A stretch of DNA of 64,000 bases from an uncultured Candidatus Binatia bacterium. GTDB lineage: Bacteria; Desulfobacterota; Binatia; Bin18. Below, one piece after another: positions 1 to 10,377 of this stretch; within the stretch, counting starts at the first letter, position 1, and every line of letters starts with the position of its first letter. Under the pieces are notes generated by a model. The model was not told the DNA's origin. It saw nothing but the letters and a program-made list of their open reading frames with translations, and did no database searches. The translations under genes were made by a program, and so were the position numbers. The stretch is from assembly GCA_965214605.1 (NCBI GenBank), contig OZ243961.1, positions 1,376,001 through 1,440,000 of the forward strand, given 5' to 3'.

Positions 1-756
1 CGCCTCACCCTGGCGGCAACCCTATGTACGATCTTGGGCGAAAATGGCGACCTGGCTAGCGAGGCAGATCTCAAAGTCCTAGCCGACCAATACGAGCTCA
101 AGATCGTAACCCTGTCCGATCTTATGACCTATCGGCTGCGGACTGAGTCGCTCGTCCACCAGGTCGCCCAAGCGGATATCACCAGCCCGTTTGGCGGCAA
201 GTTCCTCGCCATTGCCTACCGGACCGATATTGACGCTCACGAACACATCGCTCTGGTTAAAGGCAAAATTCATCCGCGCGACATCGTATCAGTTCGAGTC
301 CACTCGCAGTGTCTGACTGGCGATGTGTTTGGCTCGGAGCGGTGCGACTGTGGCGAGCAGCTCCACCAAGCTATGGCTGATATTACCAAAGAGGGCAAAG
401 GCATCATCTTGTACCTGCATCAGGAGGGCCGCGGTATTGGTTTAGCCAATAAAATTCGTGCCTACGCGCTCCAAGACCAGGGCTTTGATACGGTTGAGGC
501 TAACCTGCACCTCGGTTTTGAAGAAGATCTGCGCGACTATGGGATTGGGGCCCAGATCCTGCACGATCTGCATATTTCGCAGGTACGCCTGCTGACCAAC
601 AACCCCCAAAAAATCAGCGGGCTAGAGGGCTATGGAATCAAGGTAGTGGAACGCCGGGCGATTGAAATCCCGCCGCATAAGGACAACATCCGCTACCTGC
701 GGACCAAGAAAGAGAAAATGGGGCATCTGCTCAGTGAACTCAAGCCCTTGCGGTAA
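1..756 (+). CDS. ribBA: Bifunctional DHBP synthase/GTP cyclohydrolase II, 5'-truncated by window edge
   Basis: Frame is open from base 1. GCH II motifs [41 protein letters not shown] and LLTNNP are present. The N-terminal part resembles the RibB C-terminus. Lies upstream of ribH. Confidence 0.92.
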   Translation, partial: RLTLAATLCTILGENGDLASEADLKVLADQYELKIVTLSDLMTYRLRTESLVHQVAQADITSPFGGKFLAIAYRTDIDAHEHIALVKGKIHPRDIVSVRVHSQCLTGDVFGSERCDCGEQLHQAMADITKEGKGIILYLHQEGRGIGLANKIRAYALQDQGFDTVEANLHLGFEEDLRDYGIGAQILHDLHISQVRLLTNNPQKISGLEGYGIKVVERRAIEIPPHKDNIRYLRTKKEKMGHLLSELKPLR

Positions 757-788
757 CGGTGGCGAGGACGAAAGAGTAGGCGATTTCT

Positions 789-1256
789 ATGGTGCGCATT
801 ATTCAGGGCAATATGGACGCGAGCGGTCAGCGCTACGGCTTGGTTGTGGCTCAGTTTAACAGTCTAGTGACTGAGCGGCTCCAAGCCGGAGCGGTTGATA
901 CGCTGTGTCGGCACGGTGTCAGCCAAGAGGCGATTGATGTCGTGCTCGTCCCCGGCGCCTACGACATCCCTCTGTTTGCCAAGAAGCTCGCCGCTAGCGG
1001 TCGCTACGATGCGCTCATCTGTCTAGGCGCGGTCATTAAGGGCGAAACTCCACATTTTGATTATATTGCTGCCGCTATGACCCAGGGGATTAAGGAAATT
1101 ATGCTCACCCATGAACTCCCCATCACCTTCGGGGTACTGACCACTAACTCTGTCGAGCAGGCGCTTGACCGGGCCGGAGCCAAACTAGGCAATAAGGGCG
1201 CTGAGGCCGCGGTAGCAGCGATCGAGATGGTCAATACCTTAAAAGAGTTGACCTAA
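789..1256 (+). CDS. ribH: 6,7-dimethyl-8-ribityllumazine synthase
   Basis: Motifs VPGAYDIP, LGAVIKGETPHFDY, FGVLTT, NKGAEAA. Confidence 0.97.
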   Translation: MVRIIQGNMDASGQRYGLVVAQFNSLVTERLQAGAVDTLCRHGVSQEAIDVVLVPGAYDIPLFAKKLAASGRYDALICLGAVIKGETPHFDYIAAAMTQGIKEIMLTHELPITFGVLTTNSVEQALDRAGAKLGNKGAEAAVAAIEMVNTLKELT

Positions 1257-1270
1257 GCCCTCCAAGACAC

Positions 1271-1741
1271 ATGCCCTCTTCCCACCCCCACGGCTCCCGA
1301 CGGCAGGGCCGAGAGTTTGCCCTGCAAGTCCTCTATCAGGTCGATATGACCGGGACCGAGCCCCACCAGGCCCTGGCCATGTTTTGGCAAAACTTCGAAC
1401 CCAAAGCTGACAAACGGGAGTTTACGACCGCTCTGGTAGAGGGCTCTTGGCGAGAACGTGAGCGCCTGGATAGATTGATTGCAGACGCCGCCGAACACTG
1501 GCGTCTGGGACGTTTGCCCAAGGTTGATTGTAATCTCCTACGCCTTGGCGCATATGAACTGCTGAACTATCCCGAGCTATCGGCCGGGGTAACGATTAAC
1601 GAGGCGATTGAAATTGCGCGCCGTTACTGTAGCGATGAGGCTCCGATGTTCATCAACGGCGTGCTTGATCGGATTGCCGCTGTGGTGGGCAAGAAAGTAG
1701 ACCGTCATGAGTCAAGCGCATCCTCAGACCGCCCAAAGTAA
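1271..1741 (+). CDS. nusB: Transcription antitermination factor NusB
   Basis: Motifs [32 protein letters not shown]. Follows ribH as usual. Confidence 0.96.
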   Translation: MPSSHPHGSRRQGREFALQVLYQVDMTGTEPHQALAMFWQNFEPKADKREFTTALVEGSWRERERLDRLIADAAEHWRLGRLPKVDCNLLRLGAYELLNYPELSAGVTINEAIEIARRYCSDEAPMFINGVLDRIAAVVGKKVDRHESSASSDRPK

Positions 1742-4418
1742 GGGCGGCCGGGTCCGCTATCGGCCCGAAGAGATTGAGCCAAAGTGGCAACGTTTCTGGC
1801 TCGAAAACAAGACGTTTCGGGCCGAGATCGACACCAGCAAACCCAAGTATTACATCATGGACATGTTTCCCTATCCGAGCGGTTCAGGGCTGCATGTCGG
1901 CCATCCGGAAGGTTATACGGCAACCGATATTCTGGCTCGCTACAAGCGGATGCGCGGCTTTAATGTCCTGCATCCAATGGGCTGGGACGCGTTTGGCCTA
2001 CCCGCCGAACAGTACGCTATCGAAACCGGAACCCATCCACGAGAGACCACCCAGCGCAATATCAATACCTTTCGACGCCAAATTCAGTCGCTCGGCTTCT
2101 CGTATGACTGGGACCGCGAAATAGCGACCTGTGATCCAGACTACTATCGTTGGACCCAGTGGATTTTTCTCAAGCTGTACGAACGCGGCCTGGCCTACAT
2201 CGCCGAAGTGCCCGTCAACTGGTGCCCGGCGCTGGGGACAGTGTTGGCCAATGAAGAAGTCGTTGACGGCAAGAGTGAACGGGGTGGACATGAGGTTATT
2301 CGACGCCCGATGCGGCAGTGGATGTTGCGGATTACCGCCTATGCCGAGCGTCTATTAGCAGGTCTGGAGCAGCTTGACTGGCCGGAAAATGTCAAAGAGA
2401 TGCAACGCAACTGGATCGGCCGGAGTGAAGGGGCCCGGATCCGCTTCCAGCTGTGTCAGCCGGACGGGACGCCACACACGGACCTGCCGGCCGGACACGA
2501 CGCGTTTTTTGATGTCTTTACCACCCGCCCAGACACCTTGTTTGGCGCGACCTACTGTGTCCTAGCTCCGGAACATCCGCTGGTAGAAGCTAGCACAACA
2601 CCCGACAGACGCGCCACGGTTGAGGCCTATCAACGCGAGGCGGCTCGCAAATCAGACCTGGTCCGGACCGATCTTGTCAAAGAAAAAACTGGGGTTGCCA
2701 CTGGCGCGTATGCGCTCAATCCTGTTAGCGGCCGAGCGATTCCAATCTGGATCGCCGACTATGTGCTGATGAGCTACGGGACCGGAGCAATCATGGCGGT
2801 ACCGAGTGGTGACCAACGTGACTGGGAATTTGCCAGGCTCTTCAACCTCCCGATTATTGAGGTCGTCCAGGGCGGAGACGTGGAGAAAAAAGCCCATACC
2901 GGCGACGGTCCGCATGTCAACTCAGACTTTCTCAACGGCCTCAACGTTGTCGAAGCCAAGGCCAAGATGATCGCCTGGCTAGAGCAGTACGGCCACGGCG
3001 AGGGAACGGTGATATATAAACTGCGGGACTGGCTATTTAGCCGCCAACGCTACTGGGGTGAGCCGTTTCCGATCCTGCACGTCGACAATGAGCCGAAACC
3101 GCTCGACCCCAACGACTTACCGGTCTTACTGCCTGATGTGGAAAGTTTTCGTCCCACCGGTACAGGCGAGCCTCCGCTGACGGCCGCCCGGCAGTGGGTC
3201 GAAACCGAGGACCCCGCGACCGGCAAACCTGCCCTGCGAGAGACCAATACCATGCCCCAGTGGGCGGGCAGCTGTTGGTATTATCTGCGCTATATTGATC
3301 CGTATAACGCCGAGCGTCTATGCGACCCGGAAAAAGAGCAGTATTGGATGCCCGTCGACCTCTACGTTGGGGGTGTTGAGCACGCGGTTTTACACCTCCT
3401 CTACGCCCGATTCTGGCACCATGTCTTGTACGACTGTGACATAGTCTCCACCCCGGAGCCATTCCAGCGCCTGGTCAACCAGGGCATGATCCTGGGCTAC
3501 AGCTATCGCTATTACGAAGACGGTGATGGAAAGCGCTACTGCTATCGGGAGGTACAAAAAAGCACCCCGAACGCAGATGAACCCCTATCCTACCGCTTGA
3601 AATCAAATCCAGACATCAGCCTCTCAATCAAGTATGTGCCGGTCAAGGACGTCCTCTGGCATGAGGAAACCCCGTATCATCCCCAAGACGAGCGCCTCGA
3701 ACTCGAACCCCAAACCGACAAGATGTCAAAGTCGCGGGGCAACGTCGTTAATCCCGACGAAGTGATTGCCGCATATGGGGCGGATGCGCTGCGCTGTTAC
3801 GAGATGTTTATGGGTCCTCTCGAACAGGTTAAACCGTGGAATACGCGTTCAGTTGCCGGGGTTTCACGTTTCCTGGGTCGGGTCTGGTCTTTACTGATCG
3901 CAGATACCGGAGCTGTGCGCCCCCAGATTGTGGACTGGCGTCTCGCTCCGCAGGCGAGCCTGACCCGTCTGCTCCACAAAACGATCCAAAAGGTAACGGA
4001 TGATATAGAGGGCTTGCGGTTTCATACGGCGTTGAGTGCGCTGATGGTTCTGGTCAATGAAGCCCACAAAGCCGAGCACCTGCCCCGGACCCTGGCCGAG
4101 CAGCTCGTCTTACTGCTGGCCCCTTTTGCGCCCCACCTTGCCGAAGAGTTGTGGCAGCGGCTCGACCATGCTGACAGCCTCGCCTATGCCTCCTGGCCGA
4201 GCTATGATCCGGCCCTCATCCGTGAGGACACTCGGACGATTCCTGTCCAGATTAACGGGAAGGTCCGAGCAAAAATTGATATTGCGGCCGATGCTGATCA
4301 GGCTACCCTGCTGGCTGCGGCACGGGAGCATGAGAAGATTCAGGCTTATCTTGAGGGAAAGACACTCCGCCGTGAGATCGTTGTTCCGGGACGGATGGTT
4401 AATTTCGTAGTCTCATGA
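1707..4418 (+). CDS. leuS: Leucine--tRNA ligase
   Basis: [14 protein letters not shown] (HIGH), FTTRPDT editing motif, [13 protein letters not shown]. Confidence 0.98.
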   Translation: MSQAHPQTAQSKGGRVRYRPEEIEPKWQRFWLENKTFRAEIDTSKPKYYIMDMFPYPSGSGLHVGHPEGYTATDILARYKRMRGFNVLHPMGWDAFGLPAEQYAIETGTHPRETTQRNINTFRRQIQSLGFSYDWDREIATCDPDYYRWTQWIFLKLYERGLAYIAEVPVNWCPALGTVLANEEVVDGKSERGGHEVIRRPMRQWMLRITAYAERLLAGLEQLDWPENVKEMQRNWIGRSEGARIRFQLCQPDGTPHTDLPAGHDAFFDVFTTRPDTLFGATYCVLAPEHPLVEASTTPDRRATVEAYQREAARKSDLVRTDLVKEKTGVATGAYALNPVSGRAIPIWIADYVLMSYGTGAIMAVPSGDQRDWEFARLFNLPIIEVVQGGDVEKKAHTGDGPHVNSDFLNGLNVVEAKAKMIAWLEQYGHGEGTVIYKLRDWLFSRQRYWGEPFPILHVDNEPKPLDPNDLPVLLPDVESFRPTGTGEPPLTAARQWVETEDPATGKPALRETNTMPQWAGSCWYYLRYIDPYNAERLCDPEKEQYWMPVDLYVGGVEHAVLHLLYARFWHHVLYDCDIVSTPEPFQRLVNQGMILGYSYRYYEDGDGKRYCYREVQKSTPNADEPLSYRLKSNPDISLSIKYVPVKDVLWHEETPYHPQDERLELEPQTDKMSKSRGNVVNPDEVIAAYGADALRCYEMFMGPLEQVKPWNTRSVAGVSRFLGRVWSLLIADTGAVRPQIVDWRLAPQASLTRLLHKTIQKVTDDIEGLRFHTALSALMVLVNEAHKAEHLPRTLAEQLVLLLAPFAPHLAEELWQRLDHADSLAYASWPSYDPALIREDTRTIPVQINGKVRAKIDIAADADQATLLAAAREHEKIQAYLEGKTLRREIVVPGRMVNFVVS

Positions 4419-5038
4419 AGGTGAAGTCCACGATCCACATTCGGAGCATGATTCAGCCTGTGACCTGGGTTTTGATCGCGAGCCTGTTAGGGCTAAAGGC
4501 GCTGGCGGTCGGCTGCGGCTATCGTGTTGCGGGACTCCCGAGCTTGCCCCAGGGGGTCACCACTATCAGTTTTGCCGAGTTTGAAAATCACACCCCGGAA
4601 GCTGGGATTGAAAAAGAGCTACAGTGGGCATTTGAGCGAGAATTCCGTACCTATGGCGGGCTAGAAGTGTCCGACCGTGGCGAGGGCATACTGCGTGTCA
4701 GCCTGAATGACATTTCTTTTCGAGCGCGGACGTTTGACCGCCGCGACCAGGTCTTGGAATACGAGGCGGCCCTAGTCTTTGACATTCAGCTCACCCACCG
4801 GGATAGCGGTGAGGTCCTGTGGCAGGCAGATAATATTCGTGTGGTTGAAGATAGTAGCTCGGTGCCTCAGGTGGCCGTGACCACTAGTCCAGATTTTCTG
4901 CAGGGCGCGCTTGACCCCCAAGATCTGCCGGGCTTTACCGACATCCAGTTTTCGGAAGCCCAACGACAGATTTCCTTGGAGCGTTTAGTCAGAGAGGCTG
5001 CCCAGACAGCGTATTTTCGTTTGGGAGAAAATTTTTAG
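4415..5038 (+). CDS. lptE: LPS assembly lipoprotein LptE-like
   Basis: Hydrophobic signal plus lipobox AVGCGY. Position directly after leuS. Confidence 0.8.
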   Translation: MKVKSTIHIRSMIQPVTWVLIASLLGLKALAVGCGYRVAGLPSLPQGVTTISFAEFENHTPEAGIEKELQWAFEREFRTYGGLEVSDRGEGILRVSLNDISFRARTFDRRDQVLEYEAALVFDIQLTHRDSGEVLWQADNIRVVEDSSSVPQVAVTTSPDFLQGALDPQDLPGFTDIQFSEAQRQISLERLVREAAQTAYFRLGENF

Positions 5039-5056
5039 ATCAGACGAGCCCCCAGG

Positions 5057-5338
5057 CTATGACTCGCGAGACAGGGTAGAGGCAGCCCTCCGCTGGACCA
5101 TTTTTGACAGCTGGGAAATTCGCCGGGCGGCGGTATTCGGGTGTAAAATTCTCTTTCTGCCCGCTTTCTGAATCACGCTGATCGCGTTGCGGAGTTGACT
5201 CTTAGTCGCAGCCGCGTCCCCTACCTCAAGAGCGTTGGAGACTCTCTTCATTAAGGTCTTGACCCGTGATTTACTGGCGTGATTCCGGATCCGACGGGCT
5301 TCACTCTGAATAAATCGTTTCTTCTCGGCAAAAGGCAC
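5057..5338 (-). CDS. rpsT: 30S ribosomal protein S20
   Basis: AEKKRFIQSEARRIRN..KSRVKT..ILHPNTAARRISQL. GTG at 5338 is preceded by AAAGGAGAG. The ORF-track start at 5710 is over-extended. Confidence 0.93.
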   Translation of the reverse strand: MPFAEKKRFIQSEARRIRNHASKSRVKTLMKRVSNALEVGDAAATKSQLRNAISVIQKAGRKRILHPNTAARRISQLSKMVQRRAASTLSRES

Positions 5339-5398
5339 AAGAGGCTCTCCTTTGCGTATAGACTGGACACTTCCTATCATGGACCACGCCAGCGAGCA

Positions 5399-7111
5399 AT
5401 GTCGGCAGTGGAGGGAGAACCAAAGAAGCCGCACCCAACTCGCGCAGAAGTCTTGGTGAGGGAAGAGCACCAGATAGTCCAGGCGGCGGGGCAGATTGGG
5501 GTCTGGACACTGCTCAGTCGGGTAACGGGGCTGATCCGAGATATGCTTATCGCCGGTCTGTTCGGCGCTGGCGCAGTCACCGATGCCTTTTTTGTCGCCT
5601 TTCGGATTCCTAATCTGCTCCGTCGCCTGGTCGGAGAAGGGACGAGTAACGCCGCTCTTATTCCGGTCGTGACCGAGTATATGCTCCACCATTCCCGGAC
5701 AGAAACCCAAGACATGCTGCGCGCCCTGTTAGGGGTAACGAGCGGGGTTCTGCTGGTGCTGACCGGAATCGGGATCGTTTGTGCCGCCCCCCTCGTTCGC
5801 ATTTTTGCGCCGGGCTTTGGGCCGCACCTGCTGGCTCTAACGGTTGCGCTTACCGAGATTACCTTCGTGTATCTCTTTTGCGTTGGTCTCCTCGCCCTAG
5901 CGACCGGAGTGTTACACACGCAGCGGCATTTTAGCGCTCCGGCCTTTGCTCCAGTGCTTTTGAATATCGCGATCATCGGTTGTGCCTTAGGGCTGTCGAG
6001 ATTCCTGATTCAACCGGTCTTCAGCCTAGCTTACGGTGTCGTGCTCGGCGGCGTGCTCCAGGTCGCCTGGCAGATGCCAATCCTTGGCCGTCTGGGACTG
6101 CTCTTGCGTCCGCGGTGGCAACCACATCACCCAGCTATCGTGCAGGTTGGCACGCTACTCGTCCCAGTTGTGTTTGGAGCAGCGGTCTATCAGCTTGGCC
6201 TAGTCGTGAATACGGTGCTGGCCTCTTTGCTCGGTACTGGGAGTGTCTCGGCACTGTGGTACGCCAGTCGGCTGTTCGAATTCCCCCAGGGTATCATTGT
6301 GGCCGCGCTGGCGAGCGCCACTCTGCCGAGCTTAGCCACCCGGGCTCAGCAGCGCGATCTTGTCGGGGTAGCTGAGAGTCTCGGTTTCGCCCTACGGGTC
6401 ACGAATATCGTCGTCGTGCCGACAACGCTGGGACTGTTCGTGCTGGCCGTTCCGATCACCGCAAGCCTCTTCTTTCGTGGAGCGTTCGGGGCCGACCAGG
6501 TCATACACACGGCTAGTATACTCCAAGCCTTTGTTGTCGGGCTGTGGCCGATTGCCGTCAGCCGTCTGTTGGTTTCGTGTTTATACGCCTTGGGCGATAC
6601 CCATACGCCAGTGCGGATCGCCGGGCTGGCTTTGGTGGCCCACGTCTGCTTCAGTCTAGTGCTGGTGGGCAGCCTTGGCGTCCCTGACGACGCCTCTGGC
6701 CTGGCCTATCTCTTTGCCCGTCTGAGTGCTTCTGTTGCCCTGTGCGATTATGGCTTGGTCGGCCTTGGGCTTGCTTCCTCATTGGGGACGATCCTCAATA
6801 TGCTGCTGTTGGCCTTCGTCGTCCCCCGTCGTCTGCCCCAATTTCCATGGTCATCTTGGCTGGCCTCACTGGCCTGGAGTCTCCTGTCCTCAGCCGTGAT
6901 GATCGGACCGGTGTGGCTGCTGGCAAGACAGATTCAGTGGCTCGACCCAGATCTGTCGGTGTTGGGACGCCTGGCTATGTTGTTGGCGGCAATCGGGATC
7001 GGTGTGGCCAGCTTTAGTGTGCTGATATGGTGGGGAAGAAAATCAGACATGAAAGCCCTGACCGGCCTGCTATCCAAGCGTTTGCTTGGCCGCCTGCCAC
7101 AGCTCTTCTAA
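5399..7111 (+). CDS. murJ: Lipid II flippase MurJ (MviN)
   Basis: LSRVTGLIRD, DAFFVAFRIPNLLRRLVGEG, YASRLFEFPQG and many TM helices. Start placed at ATG 5399 to avoid overlap with rpsT. Confidence 0.95.
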   Translation: MSAVEGEPKKPHPTRAEVLVREEHQIVQAAGQIGVWTLLSRVTGLIRDMLIAGLFGAGAVTDAFFVAFRIPNLLRRLVGEGTSNAALIPVVTEYMLHHSRTETQDMLRALLGVTSGVLLVLTGIGIVCAAPLVRIFAPGFGPHLLALTVALTEITFVYLFCVGLLALATGVLHTQRHFSAPAFAPVLLNIAIIGCALGLSRFLIQPVFSLAYGVVLGGVLQVAWQMPILGRLGLLLRPRWQPHHPAIVQVGTLLVPVVFGAAVYQLGLVVNTVLASLLGTGSVSALWYASRLFEFPQGIIVAALASATLPSLATRAQQRDLVGVAESLGFALRVTNIVVVPTTLGLFVLAVPITASLFFRGAFGADQVIHTASILQAFVVGLWPIAVSRLLVSCLYALGDTHTPVRIAGLALVAHVCFSLVLVGSLGVPDDASGLAYLFARLSASVALCDYGLVGLGLASSLGTILNMLLLAFVVPRRLPQFPWSSWLASLAWSLLSSAVMIGPVWLLARQIQWLDPDLSVLGRLAMLLAAIGIGVASFSVLIWWGRKSDMKALTGLLSKRLLGRLPQLF

Positions 7112-7867
7112 GCGTTCCAGCGGAGCAGTGTGGATGTCTTCGGCATTTTGGGCTAGCTGGGCTTCGATATAGCGAAAGCGCCGACTGAAGCGGATACTAG
7201 CCCGGCGCAAAGCGGACTCGGCGTTCAGATCAAGGTGGCGGGCTAGGCTGGTCAGGACAAACAGCAAATCACCCAACTCGTGTTCCTGGCGGGCGGTGTC
7301 CGGATCGGAATCCTGAAGCGTCTCGGCTAACTCGCCGACCTCTTCCCGAACTTTCTCAAAGGTCGCTGCTATCGATGTCCAGTCAAAGCCTACCCGTGAA
7401 GCCTTCTCACCCAAACGCTGAGCCTGAATCAGGGCCGGAGCGACCTTGGGCACCCCGGCCAAAATCGACTGGTCTGCTTTCCCTTTTTTCTCCTGATCTT
7501 TGATCTTGACCCAATTCTGAGCCACCTCGTGGGCGTCTTTGACCTGCGTATCCCCAAAGACGTGGGGATGGCGGCGGACCAATTTATCACCAATCGCCTG
7601 AGCCACATCATCAATACTAAACGTACCGGTCTCGGCCATCAGTTGCGAATGGAACACAATCTGGAGCAGCAGGTCGCCGAGTTCTTCCTTGAATTCCGGC
7701 CAGTTCTTGTCCTCCAAAGCTTCGAGGACTTCGTAGGTTTCTTCAAGCAGGTAGGGTGTTAAGGACTCCGGCGTCTGCTCCCGATCCCAGGGACAGCCCC
7801 CGGGGCTCCGCAACTGAGCCATAATTTCGACCAGACGGGCGAATGAAGCGTGCGATTCGTGTGCCAT
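7070..7867 (-). CDS. mazG: Nucleoside triphosphate pyrophosphohydrolase MazG
   Basis: LRSPGGCPWDREQT, EELGDLLLQIVFH, KLVRRHPHVF, GFDW. Start at ATG 7867 is inferred. Confidence 0.95.
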   Translation of the reverse strand: MAHESHASFARLVEIMAQLRSPGGCPWDREQTPESLTPYLLEETYEVLEALEDKNWPEFKEELGDLLLQIVFHSQLMAETGTFSIDDVAQAIGDKLVRRHPHVFGDTQVKDAHEVAQNWVKIKDQEKKGKADQSILAGVPKVAPALIQAQRLGEKASRVGFDWTSIAATFEKVREEVGELAETLQDSDPDTARQEHELGDLLFVLTSLARHLDLNAESALRRASIRFSRRFRYIEAQLAQNAEDIHTAPLERLEELWQAAKQTLG

Positions 7868-8248
7868 AGCAGTCGGGATAGAGGAAAAGTGAGAATCGAG
7901 CAAGGGGAGAGACCGTGTTCCGTTAGGAGAGCAGACCAGTGGCCTGAAACGGACGGGCCGCACCGGCGGGAAGCAAACAAGGAGCAGCGTGAACCGGTTC
8001 GGCGCGCACGTTTATAGAGTCTTGTGCACGGCGCGCGCAGACCAGCTGTAGCAATGAGAAGAGGTCTGACATAGCCCGGCAGTACCCCAGGGAATCCTCC
8101 CTCACCGTCGGGTTGACCCAAGGCGATGTGGCAAAAAGACTGCAGGTCTCGAAGACATTTCCCGCCTTGAGGGAGGCAAGGAAGGAGAGCCCGGCGGTTC
8201 ACATACCGAGGAGCAAGTTTGCTTGGGCGCGCCCATCTGTCCTTCAAT

Positions 8249-8884
8249 TCAACGCAGTATTTTGGCTGTTGTCCGGAAATGCAGCTTGGCTACCTGTCCA
8301 AGGGCGTCTGGACCGTGCCGGCGCACGAACTTTTTGCCAGTCGCAATGACCGTGCTGGCTCCTTTGGGTAGGGTCATACCGTACTCACGGCCTAGGCTCT
8401 GCAAACGGCGCAGAAACTCAGCCCTGGCCACAATCGATGCCGCCGCCACAGCGGTCTCGACCTCCGCACGGGGGAGCTGTGTAATCTGAGCGCAGCGGCC
8501 CTTTTCCATCAGCGCAGTGTTAAGAAAACGCGCGGCACCAAACTGGTCGACGACCACCCGATCGCACGACACGCGTTCAAGCAGATTCTCAATCGTTCGG
8601 GCATGACCCCAGGCCAGGAGCTTATTCAGATTTTTAAACGATGTATACATACTGTTGTAGCGCTCGGGTCCAATCGCTACGATTTCATGCGGGCAGGACT
8701 GTCGAATGTGTGTTGATAAGGCGCTTACTTTTGTGTCGGAGAGGCTTTTGCTGTCCCGTACTCCGGCCTCCCGTAGATATCCTTCTAGCTCGGGCGAGAC
8801 ATACACGCCAGCGATGACGAGCGGGCCGAAGTAGTCACCCTTGCCCGACTCGTCGATACCTATGTATCCGACTGCAGCCGTCAT
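8249..8884 (-). CDS. rnhC: Ribonuclease HIII-type catalytic domain
   Basis: IGIDESGKGDYFGPLV, GVRDSK, NLNKLLAWGH, VDQF, AAASIVAR, LPKGAS, AKLHFRT. Confidence 0.88.
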   Translation of the reverse strand: MTAAVGYIGIDESGKGDYFGPLVIAGVYVSPELEGYLREAGVRDSKSLSDTKVSALSTHIRQSCPHEIVAIGPERYNSMYTSFKNLNKLLAWGHARTIENLLERVSCDRVVVDQFGAARFLNTALMEKGRCAQITQLPRAEVETAVAAASIVARAEFLRRLQSLGREYGMTLPKGASTVIATGKKFVRRHGPDALGQVAKLHFRTTAKILR

Positions 8885-9549
8885 CTCACCTCAGGGACCG
8901 CTAATGGTCTGTCTGATGCGCGCACTTCATCATAGACCAGGACGGATCGGCCCCGGACTTCTAGGCGGCCTTCGGCAAACAGCCGAATCGCATACGGATA
9001 GATCCGGTGCTCTTCGGCTAAAATTCGAGCGCTCAGGCTCTCCTCCGTATCATCCGGATACACGGGCACCGCAGCTTGGTGAATAATCGGGCCATGATCC
9101 ATCTCTTCATCCACAAAGTGTACGGTGGTTCCGGCAATTCGGACTCCCCATTCGAGAGCTTGGCGTTGGGCGTGCAGCCCGGGAAACGCAGGTAGCAGGC
9201 CAGGATGAATATTCATAATGCGCTGAGGAAAAGCGCGGATGAACACCGGCGAAAGCAAACGCATAAAACCGGCCAACACAACCAGCTCAACCCCCCGGTT
9301 CCGCAGGACTGTTATCAGCGCGGTCTCAAACGCCCGCCGCGACGGGTAAGCGCGGTGGGGAAGAACCGCGGTTGAGATACCGTGCCGCCTGGCCCGGGTG
9401 AGGCCATAGGCGTCGCTCCGATTGCTCACCACCAGCCGAATCTCGGCGGGGAGCTGGCCGCCCGCAATCGCGTCGATGATCGCTTGCAGATTTGTACCCC
9501 TGCCCGAAATGAGCACGCCCAGTGGGAGGAGAGTCTGTTCAGTACGCAT
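8881..9549 (-). CDS. purN: Phosphoribosylglycinamide formyltransferase
   Basis: LISGRGTNLQA, LAGFMRLL, NIHPGLLPAFPG, GTTVHFVDEEMDHGPII. Confidence 0.97.
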   Translation of the reverse strand: MRTEQTLLPLGVLISGRGTNLQAIIDAIAGGQLPAEIRLVVSNRSDAYGLTRARRHGISTAVLPHRAYPSRRAFETALITVLRNRGVELVVLAGFMRLLSPVFIRAFPQRIMNIHPGLLPAFPGLHAQRQALEWGVRIAGTTVHFVDEEMDHGPIIHQAAVPVYPDDTEESLSARILAEEHRIYPYAIRLFAEGRLEVRGRSVLVYDEVRASDRPLAVPEVR

Positions 9550-10377
9550 ACAATATTCCTCGCACCCAACGAAAAACCATCCGTGTCAGCGTGACACCAC
9601 CAACAGATTGTACTCCCCTCGATACAGCGTCCAGACACACTCTTCAACTGTGGCGCCATGAAGTGTACACATCGTCAACGACCAACAGATATTTTTCGAA
9701 GCAGACGCTCCGAGTCGGACACGGCAACGGCGCCTCTCACATGGGCCCAACGCTGGTGCTCCTTGGGAATTGGTAAAATCTCCACCGACGCCAACGGTCG
9801 AGGTATAGCGGAATGGGCAAAATACGATCCTAGTCCCAGGGGGGCAGCCCACAATGCTCGGCTAATACCATTCCTCGTATACCAGCTGCCTTTGATATTT
9901 AAAACGCGGAATCGCTGTGCTGAGGGGCTGTACGCTTTTTCCTGGACTGTCATAGATAGGGCCACGCTCGAGCCCGGCGAAAGGCGGGTTCACCTCAAGA
10001 ACAGCGGCGACATACCAGCAGGTGACTGGCGACAAACGCTAAGACGCAGCAGTTACGGAACGGAACGATACTCGGCTTGACCCCCCTGCGACACGTGGGA
10101 CAGGAAAACGGTCCGGATTCATAAATCGCAGTACACCCAAGACAACGTTGGGAGTATCACAAAGGGAAGGTCGCGGGTCCGACGTGTCGCATGTGTGTCC
10201 TCATCCACAGTGTTGTATACTGCCTGTAGTGCGGGGGTGCGCAATTCTTGGGCCGTTCCTACGCCCCTGTCAGCCCCTAGCTAAGGGCTTGTTTTCGGGG
10301 CTGTGCTCAGATATTGATAGCGGCGGAAACCATAGACGAGAAGCAGAATACTACGGATAACGGAAGGAGTTCTGGTT

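Noticed and set aside
5339-5710. Long N-terminal extensions of rpsT (ORF to 5710) and murJ (ORF from 5279), implying a head-to-head overlap
   Set aside because: Longest-ORF artefact. The RBS-supported GTG at 5338 and the ATG at 5399 leave a normal 60-bp divergent gap.
7070-7111. 42-bp convergent overlap of murJ and mazG
   Set aside because: Short tail-to-tail overlaps are common and nothing suggests a function.
7868-8248. 380-bp gap between rnhC and mazG checked for SRP, 6S, tmRNA or RNase P RNA and small ORFs
   Set aside because: The GGAAG..GCAGC-like words do not form the SRP domain IV hairpin. No other ncRNA signature is visible and the ORFs are uninformative.
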